Source of the DNA: Nitrososphaerota archaeon
GTDB taxonomy: Archaea; Thermoproteota; Nitrososphaeria; Nitrososphaerales; UBA57
Length of the DNA stretch: 32,000 nucleotides
Direction of reading: 5' to 3'
NCBI GenBank assembly: GCA_016871995.1
Contig: VHBL01000005.1
Coordinates: 22,134 to 54,133 of the forward strand
Positions within the stretch are counted from its first letter, which is position 1, and the number at the start of each line of letters is the position of its first letter. The translations under genes were made by a program, and so were the position numbers. The notes below the pieces were generated by a model. The model had not been told where the DNA came from. It saw only the letters and a list, made by a program, of their open reading frames with translations, and ran no database searches. Of the stretch, positions 8,241-16,458 are shown in pieces.

Positions 8241-10115
8241 TTGAAGAAGCGAATAGGCGTTATAATGTATCAAACTAGTATGAGCAAGGGGCAGGAGCTC
8301 GTAGCTCAACGAATGGTTCGAGCATTCAGAAAGATAGGACACAATGCCTATCTCATCACGAGTCTATATCATGACGGCGACGAGGTTCTACCATCGGAAA
8401 GTCTACCAGATGATAAAAACTATGTGTATGCAGAAGATAGTGCGCTGGGAATCCCCGTTATCAGGGTTAATAGCTTTATTTCCAGATGGCCTCCTCGCAG
8501 AATAATCTTCAGGGATTTCATACACACGTTAGAGACCGTAGTGAATGACTTTAAGCTAAACGTCCTAATAACCCATAGTACCCTTTGGAACGGTCCCGAA
8601 GATGTCACTAAATTCGTAGAATGGAGGCGTAATATACGGGATCTCGGCGGCTACCAAGACATTGTGATATTCTGTCATATGTCGCATTTTCAAGAACCCT
8701 CGCCAAAAAGATATTCGCTTGTTGAACGCTCGTTTAGGGTAGCTTGGAACAGGCTATCCCTTACACAAATTTTCCGCGTTGCCAATCTACTGCTGGTTGT
8801 TACGCCGTATGGGGAAGAAGCGATGGTCAGAATGGGTGCGAATCGAAACAAGTGCCATTTATTCCCCGGCGGTGTAGACGATGAATCTTTTCTCAAATAT
8901 GCGACCATAAGCGCAGAAGAGCTCTACAAACGGCTGAATCTAAAGAATGCCATAAAAATAGTATCTTACCTTGGGACAATTGAAGAGCGCAAGAACCCTA
9001 AGGCAGTAGTCCAAGTTGCTGAAAAGTTGCAACATAGGCGGGATATTCACTTTGTTATAGCAGGTCATGGGGATTCAAAATATGCTGATGAAGTGAAAAA
9101 AGCCGTGGAGAAACTGCCAAATGCCACCTACTTGGAAGAAGTTGACGAAAGAGAGAAGATGTTACTTATCAAAGCGTCATATCTCAATGTTATACTAAGC
9201 AGGCTTGAAGCTCTTGGATTATCGCAACTTGAGTTCATGTTCCAGGGCGTTCCTGTAATTACTTCTGCCGTGGGAGGTCAATCGTGGCTTATTAGAAACA
9301 ATGTGGAGGGCATACATGTCAAAGGCCCCGACGACATCGATGGTGTAGCAAAAGCAATCGAAATCTTACTTGACGATCCGTCATTGCTGGATAGGCTCGC
9401 AATCAATGCAAAAAGCCGTGCAAGCGCGTTCACTTTTTCGAAATTGATCGATGATTTAGACATGGCAATCACCCGGGCGTTCGTAAGAGAGAGCGGATTA
9501 CAGCAGATCCCACCTGACGTAAGCTCTACATTGTCCGAACCGGAGCAGGTTATAAAAAGTTGGTCTTCTGGCTCGCGAAGAGTGGTAGCAACCAACCGAA
9601 GGCTATTCATCCAACATGGCTCCTTCTCCCGTCGAGTACTTGAGATCCCTTACAACAATATCACTTCCATCGAACATGCTAGGAGGTACCCAGTGATGAC
9701 ACTCCTGATAGGTTCGATTTTGAGTGCGCTCCTCATGGCAGAACCTTATCTGCGCCCGGTATTTTCACGAACACTCATGGGGAGACTGGAGACGTTTCTT
9801 AGCTCACTGCTAACAAGCATCAACATACAGGACCCGCTCATTAGATTGTTGGCATCTAGCATATCACAATCCGAAATTCCAAGAATAATGCTGGAGATAT
9901 ACCCAATAATTCCTATTTCGATTGGGCTCATGTTGTTTGTCCTCCAATCTAGAGCAGGCTTTGGCCTTCATGGCACAAGTTTGCGGCCAGTTTACCTGCC
10001 CCGTACATTCAAGCGAGCTGTTGCGTATATTAGGAGCATTCAGGACCTGTCCTTAGCGAGTAGCACTAGGAAAGATATCGAGCCTAGTAAAACAGAAAGA
10101 TTGCTGGAAAAATAA
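8241..10115 (+). CDS. GT4-family glycosyltransferase fused to a C-terminal PH-like/transmembrane module (TTG start)
   Basis: 624 aa. The GT-B C-domain signature is EALGLSQLEFMFQGVPVITSAVGG. After ~residue 440 come a bPH/DUF304-like stretch (VVATNRRLFIQHGSFSRRVLEIPYNNITSIE) and at least two hydrophobic helices. Confidence 0.7.
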   Translation: MKKRIGVIMYQTSMSKGQELVAQRMVRAFRKIGHNAYLITSLYHDGDEVLPSESLPDDKNYVYAEDSALGIPVIRVNSFISRWPPRRIIFRDFIHTLETVVNDFKLNVLITHSTLWNGPEDVTKFVEWRRNIRDLGGYQDIVIFCHMSHFQEPSPKRYSLVERSFRVAWNRLSLTQIFRVANLLLVVTPYGEEAMVRMGANRNKCHLFPGGVDDESFLKYATISAEELYKRLNLKNAIKIVSYLGTIEERKNPKAVVQVAEKLQHRRDIHFVIAGHGDSKYADEVKKAVEKLPNATYLEEVDEREKMLLIKASYLNVILSRLEALGLSQLEFMFQGVPVITSAVGGQSWLIRNNVEGIHVKGPDDIDGVAKAIEILLDDPSLLDRLAINAKSRASAFTFSKLIDDLDMAITRAFVRESGLQQIPPDVSSTLSEPEQVIKSWSSGSRRVVATNRRLFIQHGSFSRRVLEIPYNNITSIEHARRYPVMTLLIGSILSALLMAEPYLRPVFSRTLMGRLETFLSSLLTSINIQDPLIRLLASSISQSEIPRIMLEIYPIIPISIGLMLFVLQSRAGFGLHGTSLRPVYLPRTFKRAVAYIRSIQDLSLASSTRKDIEPSKTERLLEK

Positions 10116-10172
10116 AATAGCAGCGTTAATCATTTAACCTTGCGTAGAAGCATTTGCGGAAGACGATAGTCC

Positions 10173-10859
10173 TTGAAAATTGCAGTACTATCTGACATCC
10201 ATGGTAATTTAGAGGCACTGCATGCAGTTTCAAAAAATCAGGATATAGACAGGATTCTTGTCCTTGGCGACTCCATAGGCTATGGGGCAAATCCCAATGA
10301 AGTCCTTGACTGGCTGCAAGAAAAAAAATGCATCTGTATAAGAGGTAATCATGAAGAAGCAGTACTATCTGGAGAGACTGGCTGGTTTAACCCATTCGCA
10401 GCAAGGGCAATTTTATGGACTAGGAACAGGGTAACTACTGCAAATCTAGCCTTCATAAAATCGTTGGAGGCAAAGAAGATTGTTGACTTTGGAGGATTAA
10501 AGGTAGGTATCTGCCATGGAAGCCCAAATGATCCTCTTTACGAATACGTCTACAAGGACACGCATGAGCATCTCTTTGACTATTATCTGCAAAAAGAAAA
10601 TTCGGGTGTTATGGCCATGGGTCATACCCATCTTCCATATCTCTGGGTGGGAAAGAATGGGACAGTTTTGAACCCCGGCTCAGTGGGTCAGCCAAGGGAC
10701 GGAGACAGGAGAGCTAGCTTCGCTGTAATCAATGTTGAAGATGACATTCCTGTAGTAGAGCACCACAGAGTTGAATACGATGTTACTTCGGCAGCAAACA
10801 AAATACTGGAAGCAGGGTTACCAGAGATACTTGCAAATAGATTGTATGACGGTCGCTGA
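10173..10859 (+). CDS. Metallophosphoesterase (YfcE/MJ0936-like), TTG start
   Basis: 228 aa with the calcineurin-like motifs LSDIHGN, LGDSIGYG, RGNHE and GHTH. Confidence 0.85.
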   Translation: MKIAVLSDIHGNLEALHAVSKNQDIDRILVLGDSIGYGANPNEVLDWLQEKKCICIRGNHEEAVLSGETGWFNPFAARAILWTRNRVTTANLAFIKSLEAKKIVDFGGLKVGICHGSPNDPLYEYVYKDTHEHLFDYYLQKENSGVMAMGHTHLPYLWVGKNGTVLNPGSVGQPRDGDRRASFAVINVEDDIPVVEHHRVEYDVTSAANKILEAGLPEILANRLYDGR

Positions 10860-11123
10860 TCAGAAGACTCTCTCCCAAGGTTTTATCGTATAATTTCTAA
10901 TCTTTTTGATGACATAAGGATCGTTTCGGGCAATCTCCCCAGCATCCCCCATGCTCTCCACATTTACAATTATCATGCCACCAGTACCATCTAGAAACCT
11001 TCCTGCAGCAAAGATTCTGCCCTCTTTCTGCAATGCAGCAACATAATCTAAATGGGATGAACGATGCTTCTGCACTTCTTCCAATGGTGCTATATTATTC
11101 TCAAAGATGCCAAAGAACGGCAT
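10860..11123 (-). CDS. YciI-like small protein
   Basis: 87 aa. The pattern HLDYVAALQKEGRIFAAGRF..GGMIIVNVESMGDAGEIARNDPY matches the YCII-related domain layout. Confidence 0.55.
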   Translation of the reverse strand: MPFFGIFENNIAPLEEVQKHRSSHLDYVAALQKEGRIFAAGRFLDGTGGMIIVNVESMGDAGEIARNDPYVIKKIRNYTIKPWERVF

Positions 11124-11130
11124 TTAGATA

Positions 11131-11814
11131 TCATGCCAAGGGAACTGCGAGCTCTTCTATGACCTTTATCCAATTCTTTGCTTTTACTATTCCGCTTGCG
11201 ACTAGGACACCTTTTGCTCCGAGCTTTACCGCTGCTGCAACATCCTCCCCCGTAACAATTCCTGCACCGCACAAAAGCTTGACATTAGGGTTGGCTTTCC
11301 TGCATGCAACAACAGAGTTAGTGACTATCTGAGGCTTCACCTTCGAAACTGCTTTGCCGGAACCTATCAATTCAGGAGGCTCTACTGCCAGCCACTCTGG
11401 GCCAAACTTTGCAATCTCTGAAACTTCTTCAGGAGTTTGTGCACACGCAAGTGAAATAAGACCAATGCTCTTGAGCCTATCGACTCTGGATTTTATGTCC
11501 TCTGATGCCCAGAGGCGCCTTTCTGAATGATTTATCAGAGAACCCTTTGCTCCAATCGATTTCACTACTTCAGGTACTATTGCCCCTGTGGAAGAGCCCG
11601 GTTTTGCCAAATCAACGTGCTGTGCAAATACAGGAACATGGACATGCTTTGAAACCTCTGCAAGGCAAGGATTTGGAGGGCAGACCACTATTGCAACATC
11701 AAGCTCCTTCTGAATCTTCTGTGCAGCCTTGGCTAATTCAACAGCTCCGGAATCGAAAACTTCTTCGTAGTTCTTGAAGTTAATTACTAGAACAGGTGTT
11801 CCTATGCCCTTCAC
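11131..11814 (-). CDS. tpiA: Triosephosphate isomerase, short archaeal type
   Basis: 227 aa. It has INFKNY, the catalytic GSLINHSE, AVEPPELIGSG and a C-terminal GVLVASG phosphate loop. Confidence 0.85.
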   Translation of the reverse strand: MKGIGTPVLVINFKNYEEVFDSGAVELAKAAQKIQKELDVAIVVCPPNPCLAEVSKHVHVPVFAQHVDLAKPGSSTGAIVPEVVKSIGAKGSLINHSERRLWASEDIKSRVDRLKSIGLISLACAQTPEEVSEIAKFGPEWLAVEPPELIGSGKAVSKVKPQIVTNSVVACRKANPNVKLLCGAGIVTGEDVAAAVKLGAKGVLVASGIVKAKNWIKVIEELAVPLA

Positions 11815-11864
11815 GGAAAAACCACAGATAATGAAATACTTAATCTTTGCACGCTAAGAGTCTG

Positions 11865-11954
11865 CTATTCTTCGTCCCAGTCTTCCTCGAAGTCCTCTTC
11901 CAAGTCTTCATCGAAGTCTTCGTCGAAATCTTCCTCGGTGTCGTCTTCGCTCAT
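11865..11954 (-). CDS. Unannotated 29-codon hyper-acidic micro-ORF (MSEDDTEEDFDEDFDEDLEEDFEEDWDEE) upstream of tpiA
   Basis: Read by hand from the reverse complement: ATG at 11954-11952 and TAG at 11867-11865. It has a 4-residue periodicity with acidic-acidic-acidic-aromatic/Leu units. An AT-rich TATA-like tract lies ~35 nt upstream on the minus strand. It falls below the ORF track cutoff. Confidence 0.3.
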   Translation of the reverse strand: MSEDDTEEDFDEDFDEDLEEDFEEDWDEE

Positions 11955-11983
11955 GCTAGTTCGGCTCCGAAATCGTCTGAAAT

Positions 11984-12622
11984 ATGTTAATAAGGCTTTA
12001 CCCTTGCTCGCCTTTAACCTTGTTGATCATCCGCTGTACCGAATCAGGGATAAGAAAAGCAGCTGAGAAAGTGAAAAAGGGAGCTGTAATAGTCTACCCC
12101 ACAGACACGGTCTACGGAATAGGTTGCAATCCTTACAATGCTGAAGCGGTGAAGAGGGTTATCGAAATCAAGATGCGGGAGCAAAAACCGTTGCCGGTTT
12201 TATGCTCGTCGCTTGAAAACGCGAAGAAACTGGTGCAATTCAATAGAAAATCTTTGGAGTTGGCAAGGAAGTTCTGGCCAGGGCCTCTGACAATAGTGGC
12301 AAAGATCATAGATACGAAGCTCCCAAATATCCTCACATTCGGCTCAAAGATGCTCGGCGTCAGGATCCCAGACCATGAAATAACACTAAAGCTGATAGAA
12401 CTCTCTGGAGGTTTCTTAGTGGGCACAAGTGCAAATAAAGCTGGCTTGAAATCTCCCATAAGTGCCGAAGAGGTAAAATCTGTGCTATCTCCAGAATACG
12501 ACATACTGTTGGATGGGGGAGAAACTGCTTTGAAAGCTGAATCGACTGTAATAGAAGCTAGCAACGATAAGATAAAACTGCTTAGGGAGAAGGCTATTCC
12601 AAAGGAGGTTTTAGGTATTTGA
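11984..12622 (+). CDS. tsaC: L-threonylcarbamoyladenylate synthase (TsaC/YrdC-type, no Sua5 C-domain); true start probably downstream of 11984
   Basis: It has YPTDTVYGIGCNP, LGVRIPDH and GTSANKAG motifs. The first ~15 residues of the tracked ORF look non-native. Confidence 0.85.
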   Translation: MLIRLYPCSPLTLLIIRCTESGIRKAAEKVKKGAVIVYPTDTVYGIGCNPYNAEAVKRVIEIKMREQKPLPVLCSSLENAKKLVQFNRKSLELARKFWPGPLTIVAKIIDTKLPNILTFGSKMLGVRIPDHEITLKLIELSGGFLVGTSANKAGLKSPISAEEVKSVLSPEYDILLDGGETALKAESTVIEASNDKIKLLREKAIPKEVLGI

Positions 12623-13143
12623 TGCAAGATTTCAACTTTCTCATAACTACGGTCAGAGGTTTCGAGAACAGGGCGGCTGCAGAACTTCGTGAGTTATTGG
12701 CGCCCCTGAAGACCGAGGTTAAGATAGGCAAAGCAGATCCAGGCGGAATAATACTTGTAAATTGCAAGGTTGCAGAAAGCGAGTTTCTCGAAAGAATTCA
12801 GCAGACGATTAAGACACAGCCTTGGCTCCTGAACAATGTTCAGAGGATAATGCCGGTACAGAAGACTGTCAAGACAGAATTAGGCTTGATAGCTCGAACC
12901 GTAAAGGAACTCTCTAAAGTGATACCGAAGGGTGAGAGTTTCAGGATTACTCTGGAGAGAAGGCACACTAACATTCCAGGCCCAGAGATCATCAAGGAAA
13001 CTGCGACTCATATCAGCAGGAAGGTTGACCTTGACAACCCAGACTGGATCGTATTGATAGAGATCGTAGGGAGCATCACAGGAGTTTCAGTGATAAAACC
13101 TGAGGCTATGCTGAGCACGACAAAGTTTCGCAGAGAACTTTAA
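12622..13143 (+). CDS. Stand-alone THUMP-domain protein
   Basis: It has the ferredoxin-like plus THUMP pattern (FRITLERRHTNIPGPEIIKETATHISRKVDLDNPDWIVLIEIVG). The ATG at 12622 shares its A with the tsaC TGA stop (TGATG), and GGAGG lies at 12604-12608. Confidence 0.65.
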   Translation: MQDFNFLITTVRGFENRAAAELRELLAPLKTEVKIGKADPGGIILVNCKVAESEFLERIQQTIKTQPWLLNNVQRIMPVQKTVKTELGLIARTVKELSKVIPKGESFRITLERRHTNIPGPEIIKETATHISRKVDLDNPDWIVLIEIVGSITGVSVIKPEAMLSTTKFRREL

Positions 13144-13667
13144 AGCTTCTCCGCTACTGCCAAGAGGCCTTTTTCAGCAAGCAGCAACGCTATCTTGTCG
13201 CTTCCCGCTGCAGCAACTTCCCCTTCATTTATTCCGAATCTCTGCAGAACTTTCTTGTTTCCTTCTTCTTTAAAGACCGCCATTTTGCACTTCTCTCTAA
13301 CAAAACTTGCAAGTTTCCTTAGATCGCTTTCTGCACCTATGCTGACAATATAGAATGCCCTGTTCTCCTTGGCGCCTGCGACCTTGATAGCCTCTGCAAT
13401 CTGACTGACCCTTGCAATCCTCATCAGGAGGTCTAGTTCAACCCGTTTTGCCAGCATTATACCTCTTTCTTTGGCAAGCCAGCTTTGTCTGATTACCCAT
13501 TTAAGATGGTCAAGTTTGTAAACAGCATCGCCCGCAATTATCTGAATTGATGTTTCCGGGAATGCTGAACGTAAAGTTTCAAGAAAGTCTCTTGGCCCCA
13601 CAGCCTTCACATACATGACAGTGCATTTACTGCCGTCATGCAGTTCGAACGAGAAACTAGCCGCCAT
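13140..13667 (-). CDS. cgi121: KEOPS complex subunit Cgi121-like
   Basis: 175 aa. Size and pattern (..ELDLLMRIARVSQIAEAIK.. , ..ALLLAEKGLLAV..) resemble archaeal Cgi121. It sits next to tsaC, the same t6A pathway. Confidence 0.5.
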   Translation of the reverse strand: MAASFSFELHDGSKCTVMYVKAVGPRDFLETLRSAFPETSIQIIAGDAVYKLDHLKWVIRQSWLAKERGIMLAKRVELDLLMRIARVSQIAEAIKVAGAKENRAFYIVSIGAESDLRKLASFVREKCKMAVFKEEGNKKVLQRFGINEGEVAAAGSDKIALLLAEKGLLAVAEKL

Positions 13668-13914
13668 GGCTTATCGGTATTAGTGTCACAGTGTCATTGT
13701 TTGCCAATGAGGTTTCTTCTCCCCGCAATGCAGATACCTCAATGCCATTTACCGAAACGAGTGTATTTGCTCGCGAAAGAACTGGTTCGTCACTTGGTGG
13801 CATCCTAGCCTGAAGTAGTTTCAATAATGCAGCGACAGTAATGTGCTCTGACTCGATATTAACAGATTTGCCCAAGGCACGGCTCAAGAAACCACATGGC
13901 TTTACCGTGACCAA
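13657..13914 (-). CDS. MoaD/ThiS/SAMP-type ubiquitin-like beta-grasp protein ending in Gly-Gly (re-started at a TTG)
   Basis: The C-terminus is ...TVTLIPISHGG followed by the stop. A TTG at 13914-13912 gives MVTVKPCGFLSRALG..., a typical MoaD-like N-terminus, and removes the overlap with rps17e. The 120-aa tracked ORF is probably over-extended. Confidence 0.6.
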   Translation of the reverse strand: MVTVKPCGFLSRALGKSVNIESEHITVAALLKLLQARMPPSDEPVLSRANTLVSVNGIEVSALRGEETSLANNDTVTLIPISHGG

Positions 13915-13921
13915 AGGTTTA

Positions 13922-14146
13922 TCATTCCGCAGGTTGGGCAACAACGTCTTCGATTGTCTGACCTTCAGGTTCTTCCATTTGGTCGTGCATGGCAGCAGTG
14001 ATGTAGCCTGCAATCTCATTGCGCAATGCTTTCGTTCTGATTATAGCAACTTCGAATAAAATTTCTTTGTTCTTTTCAAACTCTGTAGTAAAAAGGTCTG
14101 GATGCTTCTCCAGAATCATCTCAGAAAGTCTCCGTACTCTATCCAA
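13922..14146 (-). CDS. rps17e: 30S ribosomal protein S17e (re-started at a TTG)
   Basis: (M)DRVRRLSEMILEKHPDLFTTEFEKNKEILFEVAIIRTKALRNEIAGYIT matches the S17e layout (..RN.IAGYIT). A TTG at 14146-14144 avoids overlap with tatD. Confidence 0.75.
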   Translation of the reverse strand: MDRVRRLSEMILEKHPDLFTTEFEKNKEILFEVAIIRTKALRNEIAGYITAAMHDQMEEPEGQTIEDVVAQPAE

Positions 14147-14183
14147 ACTTATCGACGAAGGTAGCCCTTCTATATACCAATAT

Positions 14184-14948
14184 TTAGCCTTTAGACTTTC
14201 CAATATATGCTATGAAGTTCCTTTCCAACTGATATTCTAGATCTGCAGGCCTTACTCCTAGAAGATATGCTAGACCGTACCATACGCTTGCCAGAAAAGT
14301 TGGTTCTGCCATCCTTCCTCCAAAACATGCACCATAGGATACAGGGCCATCGGTTTCAATGAGCGTCAAGTCGTTAGAGGCCTTGCAGGCAAGCTTTTGC
14401 ATCCTGTTCGAGTATGCTATCGCTGGTCCAAAAGATAGAAAGTATCCCCTTTGGTTTGCCTTTGCGAGTTCAGATTCAGTTCCAGCGAACCAGTGAAGAA
14501 GGACGCCATTTAGCTCGTATCTGCTAAGGAATTCTATAGTCTTCAAAGAAGCTGCACGAGAGTGCACTGAAACTGGGAGCGAATTCTTTTCAGCCAATAC
14601 CAGCATTTTATCAAAGACTTGTTCCTGAGTCTTCAAAAATTCCACATCCTGCGAATAACTGCCGTCTAAGCCGATTTCTCCTATCCCATCTATTCGTGAA
14701 ATGTTCTGAGCAAACAGCTTCAGAAAGTCTTCTATGCTCTCCTTAATGCATTCGCTAGGATGAATACCTATGAAATTATACGAACTTGCTCCAAACGTTT
14801 CTGCCTGTTCAAGAACAGTTCTAGATGAAGCGATATCGGTAGAAACTGAGCATACCTTCGTCCCTGAAGCCTTAAGGAACAGAGAAATCTGTTCGGCACG
14901 GTTTTGAAGCAGGGCGTCAGACAGATGAACGTGAGCGTCTATTAGAAT
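14184..14948 (-). CDS. tatD: TatD-family metal-dependent hydrolase; 5' end extends beyond the tracked GTG (14645), with no canonical start codon
   Basis: The same frame stays open upstream of 14645 and encodes SILIDAHVHLSD...IGIHP...GEIGLDG, the N-terminal TatD HxH and GLD motifs. The tracked part carries VSVHSR, LHWF and ETDGP. Confidence 0.75.
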   Translation of the reverse strand: MLIDAHVHLSDALLQNRAEQISLFLKASGTKVCSVSTDIASSRTVLEQAETFGASSYNFIGIHPSECIKESIEDFLKLFAQNISRIDGIGEIGLDGSYSQDVEFLKTQEQVFDKMLVLAEKNSLPVSVHSRAASLKTIEFLSRYELNGVLLHWFAGTESELAKANQRGYFLSFGPAIAYSNRMQKLACKASNDLTLIETDGPVSYGACFGGRMAEPTFLASVWYGLAYLLGVRPADLEYQLERNFIAYIGKSKG

Positions 14949-15047
14949 GCTCCTAACACCAATACTAACTAAATTTGAGCCTGATTTAACTTTTTTGACA
15001 CAATAACGGTTAAATATTCAGTCTTCAGTAATAAAAACTGATAACAA

Positions 15048-15269
15048 ATGCCTGAATCTGAATTTGGACTCGCTGCAGTCTACAGAATAATCAAAAAGGC
15101 AGGAGCGGAAAGAGTTGGGGATGATGCTGCGGCAGAATTACGGAACGTGCTGGAGGATATAGGATCAAGGGTTGCAAAGCAGGCAGTTGAATTTGCAGGA
15201 CATGCTGACAGAAAGACAGTAAAGGCCTCGGATGTCAAACTGGCTGCGAAAGCTCTAATGAAGTCTTAA
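15048..15269 (+). CDS. Archaeal histone (HMf family)
   Basis: 73 aa. It has a single histone fold: [71 protein letters not shown]-like box lies at 15009-15017. Confidence 0.85.
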   Translation: MPESEFGLAAVYRIIKKAGAERVGDDAAAELRNVLEDIGSRVAKQAVEFAGHADRKTVKASDVKLAAKALMKS

Positions 15270-15302
15270 TCCTTATTACCTATTCTTAGGCGAAGCCACA
15301 TC

Positions 15303-15395
15303 GCTCCGGTGGTGTAGCCCGGTCAAGCATAGAACCTATCTCTTGAGTATCGGCCTCTCGAGCCGACGACGCGGGTTCGAATCCCGCCCGGAGCA
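15303..15395 (+). tRNA. tRNA-Glu: tRNA-Glu (anticodon CUC at 15357-15359) with an ~18-nt insertion between the D-arm and the anticodon stem; no encoded CCA
   Basis: Hand fold: acceptor GCTCCGG/CCGGAGC plus A73; D-arm GTGT-AGCCCGGTCAA-GCAT; anticodon arm TCGGC-CTCTCGA-GCCGA; variable loop CGAC; T-arm GCGGG-TTCGAAT-CCCGC. The extra segment AGAACCTATCTCTTGAGTA (15331-15349) contains position 26 plus 18 nt. Confidence 0.8.
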
Positions 15396-15520
15396 TCCTT
15401 TACAGAATTTCTAGAGTACTCTCTGTGCTTTACAGGGAAGTTTTCTACATGCGAGTCTAAACAAAGGATAGCATGACTAAACTGCATAAGGTTATTAGCA
15501 GGTAAGACAACCAACAATTA

Positions 15521-15883
15521 TTGGACAGCGAGGTCAAGGAATGGCTCGACGATCTCTCCCCTGAGAAGAAAAGCTTTGCGATGAAGGTTCGAGAAATAGT
15601 ATTCAATGCCGATCCTTCGATAAAAGAAACTATAAAGTGGGGGAGCCTTACCTTCATCTCCAACGGGAATATAGCTTGGATCATCAACTATCCTCAAAAG
15701 GAGTACATCAATTTCGGCTTCTTCAGAGCCACGGAACTCTCAGACCCGAAGAAGATGTTTGAGGGTTCAGGTAAGGGTCTCCGCCATGTCAAGATAAGGA
15801 GTGATAAGGATATTGATGCTAAACAGTTTGCTGCATGGGTAAAGGAAGCGATAAAGCTGGACAAAGAAAAGCCCAAGAAATAA
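15521..15883 (+). CDS. DUF1801 (YdhG-like) domain protein, TTG start
   Basis: 120 aa. ETIKWGSLTFISNGNIAWI...YINFGFF is the typical DUF1801 core pattern. Confidence 0.55.
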   Translation: MDSEVKEWLDDLSPEKKSFAMKVREIVFNADPSIKETIKWGSLTFISNGNIAWIINYPQKEYINFGFFRATELSDPKKMFEGSGKGLRHVKIRSDKDIDAKQFAAWVKEAIKLDKEKPKK

Positions 15884-15968
15884 TGTACTAAGCTAATATG
15901 AGGCCTTCCCTTGAGGTTAGGATCATTCTTCTCTAAGGCATAAATCGGACTTTATACCATCGAATTTT

Positions 15969-16169
15969 ATGGTCAAGTGCTGCTACTACGAAAAGGAGAC
16001 AAGAGAAAAGACGATAGTTCTCTGCACAACGAGTGAATGCCCAGACCTGCAAGGCTGGAAGAGAATTAACGTGGTCGATGGTGCCATCATCAAATTCGAC
16101 TCTCCTCAGGGGATTGACACAGAGTTCTTCAGAGGCGAGCCTGTCCAAGGCGACTTCTGCCCAACATAG
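15969..16169 (+). CDS. Hypothetical small Cys-containing protein
   Basis: 66-aa ORF (MVKCCYYEKETREKTIVLCTTSEC...). Its composition is more protein-like than the overlapping antisense ORF 15933..16172. No recognisable family. Confidence 0.3.
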   Translation: MVKCCYYEKETREKTIVLCTTSECPDLQGWKRINVVDGAIIKFDSPQGIDTEFFRGEPVQGDFCPT

Positions 16170-16458
16170 CACTAGAATCCATACATAAATTTAGTAGCCC
16201 CGCCCAGATACAATGTTTTTGGTTCTATAGCGTGATAATGGCTATTGTTTTTTGTGGCCATTTAACTCTTCGTCATTGCGTGCAAAGTTCCTACTCCCTC
16301 AAAGAGTCATTCCGAGGAGCTTGTTTCTTCCTTTTTTTGCTGCACTTCCACCCTCGGAAAGTAAAATGGTTTGTGGCCTTCGGATTCAAGTCGCTGCGTC
16401 AGAACACTTACGGATTTATCCGTTGTAAATACTGCGTTGTAATGTAGACAGCGTTTTT

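Noticed and set aside
12133-12627. Minus-strand ORF of 164 aa
   Set aside because: It is antisense to tsaC, which has unambiguous motifs. Its composition is Ser/Phe-rich, typical of a shadow ORF.
15323-15687. Minus-strand ORFs 15323..15517 and 15457..15687
   Set aside because: The first overlaps the tRNA-Glu gene and the second is antisense to the DUF1801 gene. Neither has supporting features.
16232-16447. 71-aa plus-strand ORF between the small Cys protein and mcrC. On the opposite strand lies a start-less ~50-codon frame ending ...LTQRLESEGHKPFYFPRVEVQQKKEETSSSE
   Set aside because: The plus ORF is hydrophobic, Cys/Phe-rich and unlike a real protein. The minus frame looks protein-like but has no start codon and no recognisable family. 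At most it is a gene remnant, which is not enough for a call.
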